From positions 1 through 37,085 of the IMG/VR virus record IMGVR_UViG_3300020201_000056: a stretch of 37,085 nucleotides of DNA. One strand, 5' to 3'. The position numbers and the translations under genes were made by a program. The notes under the pieces were generated by a model. The model searched no databases and had not been told where the DNA came from. It saw nothing but the letters and a program-made list of their open reading frames with translations. The DNA is from a virus. Its lineage: Duplodnaviria > Caudoviricetes. Positions 24,516-34,516 of this stretch are shown here, piece after piece; position 1 is the first letter of the stretch; every line of letters begins with the position of its first letter.

Positions 24516-25583
24516 ATGCGCATATTGTATTTACCCGGCCGCTATGCGTTTTGTTACTACTATAGAGGTTACTTGCCGGGAGTCTACTCGGAACAAATGG
24601 TTGTTAGTGATTTTATCAAGTCAAACGGTGCTTCAACCAATTCAGACACGGTTGCAGAAATGGCTATCAAAGCTGATGTGGTTGTAATGCAACGACCTAA
24701 TGAAAAAAATAGTTTATCGCTCGCTATGTCAATCAAGCGTGCAGGAAAGAAACTTATCTTTGAGAATGATGATACTTACTTAGCAGGTAAGGGTATCCCA
24801 CTTGAAAGACTAGAGAATGATGACCAAAGAAAAATAGCGACCGACATGAGTCAGATAGTAAAGGATGTTCTTAAAATATCAGATGGTGTGATAGCTTCCA
24901 CTGAAACCTTAGCTAAAGAATACGCTGAAATAAATCCTAACGTAGTAGTGTTGAAAAACTGTATAGACCCACTCGATGATTTTCCTTGCAAAAAGAATAA
25001 CACAGGAAAATTTCGTTTAGGTTTTATAGGTTCAGTCACAACTAATGATGACTACCTACATATCAAAGACCAGATCAAAAGACTAGACGAGCGAGGTGAC
25101 ATTACTATAGTCGTTTTGGGTGTGAAGTATAAAGACGGCACTCATTTATCCTTTATGCAAATGGACTATGACTTTTGGTCATCGTTAAAGAATGTGGAGT
25201 GGCAATCTTATGTACCCGTAACAGAGTTCATGATGACTGTGGCGAACCTAGCATTAGATTTGGCGGTGATACCACGCAAGGACAATTACTTTAATCGTTG
25301 CAAAAGCAATTTAAAGTTTTTAGAGATGTCCTTATTAAATATCCCCGTAATAGCACAGGGGTTTGCAGACGGCACGAGTCCATATCAGGGTGTGGATAGC
25401 TCGTTTATGTCAATTGTTGTGGATGATAATTCGTGGTACGATAGAGTGATTGAAATCAAAGAAAACTATGCTATTTACTCCGACTTAGCAAAAAAGGCAC
25501 ACGATTATGTGCTGGAAAATTATAATATAAAGAATTGTGCGGTAGATTGGACAAGAGCTATAAATAAACTAATAAACAAATGA
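24516..25583 (+). CDS. Glycosyltransferase, GT-B fold (GT4-like)
   Basis: VVVMQR, FENDD, LGFIGS, FNRCKSNLKFLE motifs. Confidence 0.85.
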   Translation: MRILYLPGRYAFCYYYRGYLPGVYSEQMVVSDFIKSNGASTNSDTVAEMAIKADVVVMQRPNEKNSLSLAMSIKRAGKKLIFENDDTYLAGKGIPLERLENDDQRKIATDMSQIVKDVLKISDGVIASTETLAKEYAEINPNVVVLKNCIDPLDDFPCKKNNTGKFRLGFIGSVTTNDDYLHIKDQIKRLDERGDITIVVLGVKYKDGTHLSFMQMDYDFWSSLKNVEWQSYVPVTEFMMTVANLALDLAVIPRKDNYFNRCKSNLKFLEMSLLNIPVIAQGFADGTSPYQGVDSSFMSIVVDDNSWYDRVIEIKENYAIYSDLAKKAHDYVLENYNIKNCAVDWTRAINKLINK

Positions 25584-26050
25584 TAATAGATAAAACAATT
25601 TTAAGTGAAAAGAACTACACTGGCACTAGAAAGATTTTAATAAATGACGAGAAAGTAAGGACACTAAAAGGTGAATTAAAAAAGCTACAAAAAGAAATTA
25701 ATCCTATCCTAGATGGGCTTGCAGAAACCTTTAGTAAGTTTGACGCTACTAACAAGCTAATTAACGAACATCAGGAAGAGATCAAGAGATTAAATGTGGA
25801 GTTACAACCCGACAAGGATTTTTACGATGAAGAAATGAAGAAAATTGAGCCAGTAGAGAAGAAAGCTAAGCTAATCAAGGATAAACTAGAGCCGTTAGTG
25901 ATTAAATTAGTAGAAGATCAGCTCGGAGAGTTTGAGAAAGCCTTACACGTTATAGAGGATGACAAAAATGGCGATATTTATGTAGAAGTAGAAGACCAGA
26001 TTGAAAAAACTGTTTTAAGAATTAGAGAAGAGAACGCTAAAAAGAAATAG
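25580..26050 (+). CDS. Coiled-coil hypothetical protein
   Basis: K/E-rich heptads; ATGA coupling. Confidence 0.7.
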   Translation: MIIDKTILSEKNYTGTRKILINDEKVRTLKGELKKLQKEINPILDGLAETFSKFDATNKLINEHQEEIKRLNVELQPDKDFYDEEMKKIEPVEKKAKLIKDKLEPLVIKLVEDQLGEFEKALHVIEDDKNGDIYVEVEDQIEKTVLRIREENAKKK

Positions 26051-26051
26051 T

Positions 26052-27059
26052 ATGAAGAAGGTACTCTTAACTGGAGTGTCGGGGTTTGTGGGTTCGCACA
26101 TACTCCGTCATATATTAGTAAACACAGACTGGAATGTTGTGGGCATAGCTTCTTGGAAGCATAAAGGCACACCAGAGAGAATAGAAGAAACTTTGAAGGG
26201 CCACCCAGAGTGGAAAGACCGAGTGGAGATAATAACCCACGACCTTGTTTCACCTTTCCCCCCTATGACCAAGAAGCGTATCGGTAAGTGCGACATTATT
26301 TTGAATTTAGCGGCAGAAAGCCACGTTGATAGAAGTATCACAGAGCCACGACAGTTTATTGAAAACAATACGCAAGTCGCCTTGAATATGCTGGAGTACG
26401 CAAGAGATTGTCCACCAGAAGTATTTTTACAGTTTTCAACAGACGAAGTCTATGGAGTCGCACCCTTAGGTGTAGATCACAAAGAATGGTCAGCGATTAT
26501 CCCAAGCAACCCATATTCTGCGTCGAAGGCGTGCCAAGAAGCTATTGCTATCTCATATTGGAGAACTTATAACGTACCCTTGATTTTAACGAACACGATG
26601 AATATTTTTGGTGAGTTTCAAGATCACGAAAAGTATTTAGCTAAAGCAATTCGTTGTATAGAGAGCGGAGACACGCTAACTGTTCACGGGAAGGTAGGTA
26701 AAATCGGCTCACGCTATTACTTGCACGCAAGGAATATGGCAGACGCAGTTTTGTACATAGTAAAAAATCTCAAACCAACTTTTTATGTTCAAGACGAACA
26801 CCTTGTACCAGACCGATACAATATTGTCGGGGATATTGAGTTAAACAACCTAGAGATGGCAGAAACTGTTGCAGAGATAATGGGTAAGACTTTGAAGTAT
26901 GAGCTAATTGACCACCACAGCACAAGACCCGGACACGATTATCGCTATGCACTAGACGGACAGAAGTTAAGAGATTTGGGCTGGACAGCACCTTTAACAT
27001 TCAAAGAGTCTTTAACTAAGTATATTAACTGGACACTAGAGAATAGGGAATGGCTATGA
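26052..27059 (+). CDS. NDP-glucose 4,6-dehydratase (RmlB-like extended SDR)
   Basis: TGVSGFVG, AAESHVDRSI, STDEVYG, PYSASK, RPGHDYRY. Confidence 0.93.
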   Translation: MKKVLLTGVSGFVGSHILRHILVNTDWNVVGIASWKHKGTPERIEETLKGHPEWKDRVEIITHDLVSPFPPMTKKRIGKCDIILNLAAESHVDRSITEPRQFIENNTQVALNMLEYARDCPPEVFLQFSTDEVYGVAPLGVDHKEWSAIIPSNPYSASKACQEAIAISYWRTYNVPLILTNTMNIFGEFQDHEKYLAKAIRCIESGDTLTVHGKVGKIGSRYYLHARNMADAVLYIVKNLKPTFYVQDEHLVPDRYNIVGDIELNNLEMAETVAEIMGKTLKYELIDHHSTRPGHDYRYALDGQKLRDLGWTAPLTFKESLTKYINWTLENREWL

Positions 27060-27616
27060 TTGATATAAAAAAGATAAGTGGGCAACTGGGTAATCAAATG
27101 TTTCAGATAGCGTATATCTACGCACAAATGAAACGTGGGGAGATACCAGACATATATGTGCAAGACCCCGCATTATTCAGTGAGTACGAACAAGAGATCA
27201 AACAAATGTACGGGGCAGGTATAAGTCCTATAGACCAAGTGGCCATACATGTTAGGAGGAAAGATTACGTCAAGAATGCGTTTTATGTTGACATATCTGA
27301 TACCAATTACTACGAGAGAGCTATGGCAGAGTTTCCAAACGCAGACTTCCTTGTTTTTAGTGATGATATTGATTGGTGCAAACAACAAAATATTTTCAGT
27401 AACTGTGAGTTTTCTAATGGGAATGAGATAGAAGACATGAACATGATGGCAGGTTGTCGTGGTATTATTATGGCCAATTCATCGTTTTCTTGGTGGGCTT
27501 CCTACATATCCCCCTACGCAATAAAGGTAGTCTGTCCGAGTATATCAACACTATGGTATTCTGACGGGGAAGTAAGAACTAAAGTACCTAAAGAATGGTT
27601 ACAAATAGAAAAATAG
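27056..27616 (+). CDS. Alpha-1,2-fucosyltransferase-like (GT11)
   Basis: GQLGNQMFQ, HVRRKDY, FSDDIDWC, ANSSFSWW. Confidence 0.9.
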   Translation: MIDIKKISGQLGNQMFQIAYIYAQMKRGEIPDIYVQDPALFSEYEQEIKQMYGAGISPIDQVAIHVRRKDYVKNAFYVDISDTNYYERAMAEFPNADFLVFSDDIDWCKQQNIFSNCEFSNGNEIEDMNMMAGCRGIIMANSSFSWWASYISPYAIKVVCPSISTLWYSDGEVRTKVPKEWLQIEK

Positions 27617-28272
27617 CGATATGTATTCCTGTTCACAGTATGGACAACGCTCCATACTTCTTCACACGTTGTTTAGACTCAATAATCTCACAGACTTACG
27701 ATAACTTTGAAGTCTTTGTAGCAGATAATTCTGATGGTGATGTTCTTTATAAAATCTCACAGACTTATGGTATGAAAATCACTTGGATTAAAAATCCAAT
27801 AAGGGGTGCTTGTGTGAATACTAACAAAGCTATTAAGGGCGCAAAAGGCGAGATAATAAAGATACTGCACATGGATGACTTGTTTGCTCATAAAAACGCC
27901 CTACAGTCCATTTCAGAGACTTGGCGGGGTGGCTGGTTGGTAACAGGTTGCTACCACACAAATGGTAAAGACAGGATAAACCCCCATTTTGCTATGTATA
28001 ACAATAATATCCATAAAGGCAAGAATACAATTGGTTCCCCTTCAGTCTTATCCTTTGAGAATAATAACCCTTACTTGTTTGATGAGGAATCCGTATGGCT
28101 GTTTGACTGCGACCTTTACAAGAGATTGCACAAAAGATACGGGATGCCGACAGTTTTAAATGATTTTAACGTAGTGATAGGTATTGGAACACATCAGATG
28201 ACTGAAAAAATAACACAGGGTAGAAAAGACGAGGAGGTTTTGATAATGACAAAAAGATATGACACTATTTGA
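27595..28272 (+). CDS. Glycosyltransferase family 2
   Basis: ICIPVH, DSIISQTY, ADNS, LHMDD. Confidence 0.88.
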   Translation: MVTNRKIAICIPVHSMDNAPYFFTRCLDSIISQTYDNFEVFVADNSDGDVLYKISQTYGMKITWIKNPIRGACVNTNKAIKGAKGEIIKILHMDDLFAHKNALQSISETWRGGWLVTGCYHTNGKDRINPHFAMYNNNIHKGKNTIGSPSVLSFENNNPYLFDEESVWLFDCDLYKRLHKRYGMPTVLNDFNVVIGIGTHQMTEKITQGRKDEEVLIMTKRYDTI

Positions 28273-28768
28273 ATACTTAAAAATCAAAAGCTCGGATATT
28301 AACGAACACTTAGAAACGCTTAAAAACCTTGCGTCAGAGTGTGATCACGTCACAGAAATGGGAGTCAGATACATAGTATCAACTTGGGCATTTGTAGAAG
28401 GAATGAAAGGGGGTACATTGGTTTCAATAGACATTAAACACCCGAAAGAATACGGGGGCGATTTAGATTCTCTGGTAAAAGCGTGCAAGGACAAAGGGAT
28501 AGACTTTACTTTCAGAGAAGCTGATACAACAAAGATTAAGATAGACAAAACTGATTTGCTTTTTATAGACACAGACCACACTTATAAACAGTTAGAAACA
28601 GAGTTAAAAATACATGCGGGTAGTGTTAGAAAGTATATTGTAATCCACGACACTGTTTCTTGTGAGACAGAGTTGATGCCCGCCATAAATGAGTTTTTAG
28701 AGTCTGGTGTGTGGAGGGTTAAGGAGCATTACAAGAATAACAATGGGATTATGATTTTAATGAGATGA
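28259..28768 (+). CDS. Class I SAM-dependent methyltransferase (Methyltransf_24-like)
   Basis: EMGVR, DLLFIDTDH, IVIHDT. Confidence 0.85.
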   Translation: MTLFEYLKIKSSDINEHLETLKNLASECDHVTEMGVRYIVSTWAFVEGMKGGTLVSIDIKHPKEYGGDLDSLVKACKDKGIDFTFREADTTKIKIDKTDLLFIDTDHTYKQLETELKIHAGSVRKYIVIHDTVSCETELMPAINEFLESGVWRVKEHYKNNNGIMILMR

Positions 28769-29589
28769 TAATTACGGAAATCTACAATGGTATGGGGTTA
28801 GGCAACCAGTTAGCAAACATAGTAACAACTCGTTGCATAGCCTTAGACAATGGTTACGAATGGGGTATTGCACACCAAGAAAGATTCAAGGGACATTCGT
28901 TTATGACGCTTGATTTTGGTAAACCTGTCATAGGTGGACACACTCCAGTAGAGGGCCAAGCACCTAGTGAATTACCCGAAGGAATAGAGAGATATTATCG
29001 GGAGAAAACTACGCTACACGCAAACGGGAGTGATATAAGTGGCTATGATGATTATTTAAGAAGAATACCAGATAACACTATGGTACACGGATTGATGCAG
29101 GGTTCGGATTACTTCATTCATAGGAGGGCAGAGATACGAGAGTGGTTAAAGACCGAGCCATTAGATGTCCCTGAAAATGTATGTGTTCTAGCTTTTAGAG
29201 GTGGGGAGTATGTGTGGGTTAAGGATTTCTTTTTACCTAGTAGTTATTGGGAGAACGCTATGGAAAAGATGAAAAAAGTCAGACCCGATATTGTGTTCAG
29301 AGTAGTAACAGATGACGTGATTACAGCTAAACAATTCTTCCCTGATCTAGAGATAACCCACGAGATAGGACACGACTGGCGGTCAATACATAACGCACCT
29401 TATGTAATACTTTCCAATTCATCATTTGGCTTTTTCCCCGCGTGGCTTAGTTTGAAACTAAAGTATTGTATAGCACCGAAGTATTGGGGCAGATTTAACA
29501 TTTCAGACGGATACTGGAGTATAGATCAAAATTACACACAAGGTTGGAATTATTTAGACAGAGATGGTGTATTAACAAAAGAGAAATGA
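28765..29589 (+). CDS. Second GT11-like glycosyltransferase
   Basis: GMGLGNQL, FRGGEY, VVTDD, SNSSFGFFPAWL. Confidence 0.82.
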   Translation: MIITEIYNGMGLGNQLANIVTTRCIALDNGYEWGIAHQERFKGHSFMTLDFGKPVIGGHTPVEGQAPSELPEGIERYYREKTTLHANGSDISGYDDYLRRIPDNTMVHGLMQGSDYFIHRRAEIREWLKTEPLDVPENVCVLAFRGGEYVWVKDFFLPSSYWENAMEKMKKVRPDIVFRVVTDDVITAKQFFPDLEITHEIGHDWRSIHNAPYVILSNSSFGFFPAWLSLKLKYCIAPKYWGRFNISDGYWSIDQNYTQGWNYLDRDGVLTKEK

Positions 29590-30200
29590 AAATAACGAAC
29601 TCTTTTTTAGTAGTAAGTAACTACAATTGCAACCTTGACTGGCTAAGAGAGTATTCTGATAATTATATAATTTATAATCGTGGCGAAAAGATAGACGACA
29701 CTAAGGCAATACAGGTAGAGAATATCGGCTACAATATCCACGATTATTTATCTTTTATCATTGAAAACTACGAGAAATTACCCGATGTTGTTCAATTTAC
29801 CAAAGGCAACATTTTAGAAAGGCATATCACTAAAGAGGAGTTTGATGAAGTCTGTAATAATAAAACCTTCACACCCCTATTAACAAAGAACCACGAAACG
29901 CAATCGGGTATTTCTTTTTATAACGAGAACGGGATTTATGAAGAAAAAAATACTTCGTGGTATTTATACTCTTATGATGCAAAGTATTATTTCAGTTATG
30001 CAGAGTTCGCTAAGGATTTTGATATCAAGTACAAAGATTACTTGCCTTTTGCGCCCGGTGCGTGTTACATAGTGCCAAAGGATAACATCTTAAAGCACAG
30101 CAAAGATTACTACTCACGACTACGGGATTTAGTATCTTGGACACAACTACCGGCAGAAGCGCACCTTATAGAACGAACACTTTACACTTTATGGAAGTAA
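29586..30200 (+). CDS. DUF3431-like putative glycosyltransferase-associated protein
   Basis: VVSNYN...W, YN(R)G, NIG, YLSFIIENYEKLPD, FAPGACYIV, HLIER; ATGA coupling. Confidence 0.7.
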   Translation: MKITNSFLVVSNYNCNLDWLREYSDNYIIYNRGEKIDDTKAIQVENIGYNIHDYLSFIIENYEKLPDVVQFTKGNILERHITKEEFDEVCNNKTFTPLLTKNHETQSGISFYNENGIYEEKNTSWYLYSYDAKYYFSYAEFAKDFDIKYKDYLPFAPGACYIVPKDNILKHSKDYYSRLRDLVSWTQLPAEAHLIERTLYTLWK

Positions 30201-30580
30201 AATACTCAACGGAAAAACCTCCTAATAACATATACGAGAAGTGTCGGGAGAGATTTGGTGTTGATTGGGATAAAGGAATTATTTTTACTTATGGAGATAC
30301 AATTTACTGTAAGTCACCCATTTCAGATGACCTTAAAGTCCACGAGGCGACTCACATCAGACAACAAAGAGAAATCGGTGAAGATATCTGGTGGGAACGC
30401 TACTTAAAAGATAAAGATTTCAGACTCTCACAGGAAGTTGAAGCGTATAAAAACCAGATGGAGTATATCAACAAAAATTACAATAGAAACGCAAGAAGGT
30501 ATTTATATAAGCACATTATAAGAAGTATGGTAGAACTTTACGATATGTGTACTGAAGAAGAAGCTAAAAAATTATTATGA
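30191..30580 (+). CDS. HExxH-motif protein (zincin/DUF4157-like)
   Basis: VHEATHIRQQ...EVEAY. Confidence 0.65.
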   Translation: MEVKYSTEKPPNNIYEKCRERFGVDWDKGIIFTYGDTIYCKSPISDDLKVHEATHIRQQREIGEDIWWERYLKDKDFRLSQEVEAYKNQMEYINKNYNRNARRYLYKHIIRSMVELYDMCTEEEAKKLL

Positions 30581-31317
30581 TTATTGACTTGTTTTATTTT
30601 AACAACGAGCTTGATCTTTTGGAGATACGCTTAAGTATCCTAGACAAGTATGTGGATAAGTTTGTTTTAGTAGAAGCAAGAGAGACCTTTTCAGGCGTGC
30701 CTAAACCTTTATACTACGAGGAAAACAAGGAACGTTTTGCTAGGTGGAATATTATACATTATGTCGTGGAGAACGGGGATAAAGAAGTAGAGAAAATGGC
30801 ACTACTGAGTCCTAACACTGGTGCGGGTGAGCATTTTTGGTTGCGTGAATTTTACCAAAAAGAAATGGCACAGAAAGCACTACTCTTTTGTGAAGATAAT
30901 GACATTGTATACATATCGGATGTAGACGAGATTTGGCGACATGAGTCTATGCCTGAGATTAAAGACGCTATATATAAACCCCGACAACTTCCCTATCTTT
31001 ATTTTCTTAATCAGAGAACTAATGAGAACTGGCTTGGATGGACTGGGACTATTTGTACAAGGTATAAGAATATTAAAGGTGCTTGTATGAATCATTTGAG
31101 AACAGACGATATGAATGAATACGAAGTGGTGGAGCGAGGTGGTTGGCATTTCAATAGTATCGGTGGCAAAGAAAAAAAGAAAAACGCATTTAAACACCCC
31201 GTATATGAGAATGATACGGAGTGGCAACGCAGAGAGGTTGAAATGCACATAAGCGATGTTGATTGGCCAGAATATTTATCATATAATAGGGATAAGTATA
31301 AACAATTATGCAAATGA
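30577..31317 (+). CDS. GT17-like beta-1,4-N-acetylglucosaminyltransferase
   Basis: FNNELDLLEIRL, FVLVEA..TFSG.PKP, SDVDEI, GGWHF. Confidence 0.88.
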   Translation: MIIDLFYFNNELDLLEIRLSILDKYVDKFVLVEARETFSGVPKPLYYEENKERFARWNIIHYVVENGDKEVEKMALLSPNTGAGEHFWLREFYQKEMAQKALLFCEDNDIVYISDVDEIWRHESMPEIKDAIYKPRQLPYLYFLNQRTNENWLGWTGTICTRYKNIKGACMNHLRTDDMNEYEVVERGGWHFNSIGGKEKKKNAFKHPVYENDTEWQRREVEMHISDVDWPEYLSYNRDKYKQLCK

Positions 31318-31511
31318 TATTCGTGGTTTCAACCGACCATAACAAAACTATTTGTTGCCGTCTTGATGGTGACGAGGTGATTAAGAGTGTGGATAGCGAT
31401 ATTGTCAAAGAAACAATAAAAAGTTCATCACATAAACTTTTGGAAAGTGGTGGTATCGGTAGTGCTTGGCTGATAGATTTCAATAGCAAAGATATAACTA
31501 ATATTCGATAG
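31308..31511 (+). CDS. Hypothetical protein (67 aa)
   Basis: Fills the gap in the operon. Confidence 0.55.
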   Translation: MQMIFVVSTDHNKTICCRLDGDEVIKSVDSDIVKETIKSSSHKLLESGGIGSAWLIDFNSKDITNIR

Positions 31512-31516
31512 AACAA

Positions 31517-32206
31517 ATGGATACAAATGTTAGTGTCATAATCCCCTGTTACTCTTACGCAAGATACTTAGACGAAGCAATTCAAAGCGTGCTAGACCAA
31601 ACTGTAAAGGCTCACGAGATAATTGTTGTGTCAGACGGGGCGATAGATAATTCGGTAGAGATAGCTCGTAAATATCCAGTCAAGATTATAGAAAAAGTAA
31701 ATGGTGGACTGGCTTCTGCTAGAAACGCTGGGATAAAGGAGGCAACGGGAAAGTATATTATGAGTTTTGACTCTGATGATATTCTGCGACCCGACTGTAT
31801 AAAGGAGCATTTGAAACTAGCAGACGAAAATACAATAGTGACGTGTGGACTGATGGCTTTTGGGAAAATTAGCTACACAGCAAGACCAGAGGTGGCTACG
31901 CTAGAAATACTAATGAAAAGAAACTGTGTATACAGTAATTCACTGTTCCCAAAAACCCTATGGGAGAAAATTGGTGGATTTGACGAAAGTGAAGTTATGC
32001 GACTCGGACTTGAAGACCATCTTTTTTGGAAAGAATGCGCTGCGATTGGATCACACTTTAAGACCTCCAGCTATATTGGGCTTTTATGGAGGCGACATAA
32101 CAACGCAATGTCAGAGACAAGTGCAAATCCAAACTGGGATACTATTACTAAGTTTATGAATGAAAAAATGAAGAATAAGTACGGCCTAGACAATCCGACC
32201 ATTTAG
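31517..32206 (+). CDS. Glycosyltransferase family 2
   Basis: SVIIPCY, SVLDQT, NGGLASARNAG, FDSDD, IGGFDE, LED. Confidence 0.92.
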   Translation: MDTNVSVIIPCYSYARYLDEAIQSVLDQTVKAHEIIVVSDGAIDNSVEIARKYPVKIIEKVNGGLASARNAGIKEATGKYIMSFDSDDILRPDCIKEHLKLADENTIVTCGLMAFGKISYTARPEVATLEILMKRNCVYSNSLFPKTLWEKIGGFDESEVMRLGLEDHLFWKECAAIGSHFKTSSYIGLLWRRHNNAMSETSANPNWDTITKFMNEKMKNKYGLDNPTI

Positions 32207-32220
32207 GGCTTTGATACCAT
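32192..32220 (+). promoter_or_regulatory. Putative late promoter 3
   Basis: AATCCGACCA-N10-TGA-TACCAT; adaptor ATG 7 nt after the -10. Confidence 0.7.
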
Positions 32221-32226
32221 TGTGGT

Positions 32227-32940
32227 ATGTCTTTAACATACACACAACTACTTGACCTAATTGACGATAATGTCAAGAGTAACAGTAGCTCTTACAGCAC
32301 AGCCGACAAAACAAGAGATATAAACATCGCACTAGACAGGGCTTTCTCCTTGATTTTTAGCGTTGGTGGAAATTGGCAATTTGACGACAGTAACCATGAA
32401 GGTTATCCGTTTATTACAACTGCTATAGTTTCAGGACAAAGGTCTTACACCTTTACAGAGGACGAAGACTCTAACTTGATCTTAGAGATTTACAAAGTAA
32501 TGATCGCAGACTCAAATGGGCTATTCAGAGAAATAACTCCAGTGGACCAGCAAGCAGTCAATCCGTACTCTCCTAGTAATTATTGGAATGGACTGAATAC
32601 AACAGGAACTCCAAACACTTACGACAAAACTGCAAACGGAATATTCCTTGACCCTATCCCTAACTACAATAGAGCTGCGGGATTAAAGATTTTTATCAAT
32701 AGAGAAGGCTCTTATTTCCTTACAACAGACACGACAAAAAAAGCGGGTTTTGCGGGGTTGTACCATGAGTATCTAGCTTTAAGACCCTCATACCAATATG
32801 CGTTCCGTAATTCCTTGCCTAATGCTGCGGTATTAAAAGCAGAAACCGTAGAAATGGAAAACGCTATGATGGATCATTACAAAAAGCGTGAAAAAGACGT
32901 TATTAAAAGAGTAACAGGTAAACAAAATAATTATAAATAA
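32227..32940 (+). CDS. Head-tail adaptor (tail tubular protein A-like)
   Basis: Helical ends, TTAIVSGQRSY, IFLDPIP, YHEYL; first gene of the tail module. Confidence 0.7.
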   Translation: MSLTYTQLLDLIDDNVKSNSSSYSTADKTRDINIALDRAFSLIFSVGGNWQFDDSNHEGYPFITTAIVSGQRSYTFTEDEDSNLILEIYKVMIADSNGLFREITPVDQQAVNPYSPSNYWNGLNTTGTPNTYDKTANGIFLDPIPNYNRAAGLKIFINREGSYFLTTDTTKKAGFAGLYHEYLALRPSYQYAFRNSLPNAAVLKAETVEMENAMMDHYKKREKDVIKRVTGKQNNYK

Positions 32941-32942
32941 AT

Positions 32943-33365
32943 ATGGCTGACGTAATATACAACAGTGTGAAATCGAGTTTTCTAAAAGCATCAATTAATC
33001 TAACCACAAACACAATAAAGGTCGCACTTGTAACCTCATCTTACACACCCAATCAAGATACTCATGACTTCTTTGATGATGTTACTAACGAGGTGACTGG
33101 TGCGGGATATACTGCGGGTGGTGTAACACTAGCAAGCAAAACTGTAACGGAAGATGCTGCGGCTAATACTGCAATATTTGACGCTGCAGATGTAACGTGG
33201 GCGGCATCAACGATTACTGCGGCTGGTGCGGTGATCTATAAATCTACGGGTGTGTCTTCAACGTCTAACTTGATAGCATTTATAGACTTTGGGTCTTCAT
33301 TTTCAACAATATCAGGTACATTCCAAATAACATGGAGTGCCAGTGGAATATTATATTTAGGATAA
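32943..33365 (+). CDS. Small virion structural protein
   Basis: IKVALVT...NEVTGAGYTAGG...DAADVTW pattern common in phage tail modules. Confidence 0.7.
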   Translation: MADVIYNSVKSSFLKASINLTTNTIKVALVTSSYTPNQDTHDFFDDVTNEVTGAGYTAGGVTLASKTVTEDAAANTAIFDAADVTWAASTITAAGAVIYKSTGVSSTSNLIAFIDFGSSFSTISGTFQITWSASGILYLG

Positions 33366-33379
33366 AAACAAAATAAGAA

Positions 33380-34219
33380 ATGGCAGCAACAGTTCAAACA
33401 GTAGGGACTTATACATCATCTTCTTCGGCAACATCAATTGATGTTTTTATGCCTGCCTCAATTGCGGTTGGTGATCTGCTTGTTGCGCATGTCGCAGGGC
33501 AAACTAATTCTACGTCATATAACACACCCGCTGGTTGGACACTAACAAGAGATGCGTCGGGCGCAAATTCTGTGATGGCTGTTTTTCATAAGGTTGCAGT
33601 CCTTGCTGACGTTTCTGCGAGTACTACCACATTCACCACAACGGGTAGTAATGCGAGAATCTCAGGGAGAATTTTAAGAATTAACGGACAGAGAAGTGAT
33701 TTTTCTACGGTGATGGACGACGCAAATGGTGCCGCTGGTGGTTCAAATACTACACCAACATCATCTGGTTTTACTCCATCTTACACTGACGATTTAATAA
33801 TGATATTCGTATGCGCACAAAACTCACGCACTAATTCTACTTATGCCATAGCGACAACGCCTCCTACCTTTACAGAACACTATGACGATCAAGAGTCGAA
33901 TTTAAGTATTTCCGCCGCATCGGGTCTTAGAAATGTTGACACGGCAACAGGAAATGCGACATCACTACTTTCTAGTGCAGCGTTTTGGTCAATAGTGGTA
34001 ATTGCAATTAGTTCTTTTGAAAATGCGACGGTAACACCAACAGTTTTACCGGTGTCTTCATCATTTATTAACCCAGCACTACTTTTGGAGTCTAATCTCT
34101 CCCCAACTGTTTTAGGAATAACATCGGCGATTCAACCTGAGACAGTTTCGGTACAAACAAATCCAGTGTGGTCAAACCTACCTAAAGATAATTCAGTTTG
34201 GACTAATACACCAAAATAA
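33380..34219 (+). CDS. Ser/Thr/Ala-rich virion appendage protein
   Basis: GDLLVA...TPAGWT beta-sandwich pattern. Confidence 0.6.
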   Translation: MAATVQTVGTYTSSSSATSIDVFMPASIAVGDLLVAHVAGQTNSTSYNTPAGWTLTRDASGANSVMAVFHKVAVLADVSASTTTFTTTGSNARISGRILRINGQRSDFSTVMDDANGAAGGSNTTPTSSGFTPSYTDDLIMIFVCAQNSRTNSTYAIATTPPTFTEHYDDQESNLSISAASGLRNVDTATGNATSLLSSAAFWSIVVIAISSFENATVTPTVLPVSSSFINPALLLESNLSPTVLGITSAIQPETVSVQTNPVWSNLPKDNSVWTNTPK

Positions 34220-34515
34220 TGGAGGAATTACTTTTAAAAATAAATACGTTAGAGAAAAAACTTGATAGTTTAGAAAAAAAAATCAATTCGTTAGATGCTT
34301 TCACGACTATCCCTTTTAATGTAGAGCGAGCATTTCGTGTGAGGTTTGGTTTAGACAGCTTTTCTTCACTTTTAGTCAGCTCTAAGTCTGCAACCAGTGA
34401 GAATCAGGTGGTCAATGAGTCAGGTTCCAGTACATATACTGTTCTTAAACTACCCGATGGGTTTAGAGATTTGATAGTGGACGGTACAACATTATCATTC
34501 CCTTATTATACATAA
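34219..34515 (+). CDS. Hypothetical tail-module protein
   Basis: N-terminal coiled coil, C-terminal FPYY; TAATG coupling. Confidence 0.65.
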   Translation: MEELLLKINTLEKKLDSLEKKINSLDAFTTIPFNVERAFRVRFGLDSFSSLLVSSKSATSENQVVNESGSSTYTVLKLPDGFRDLIVDGTTLSFPYYT

Positions 34516-34516
34516 C

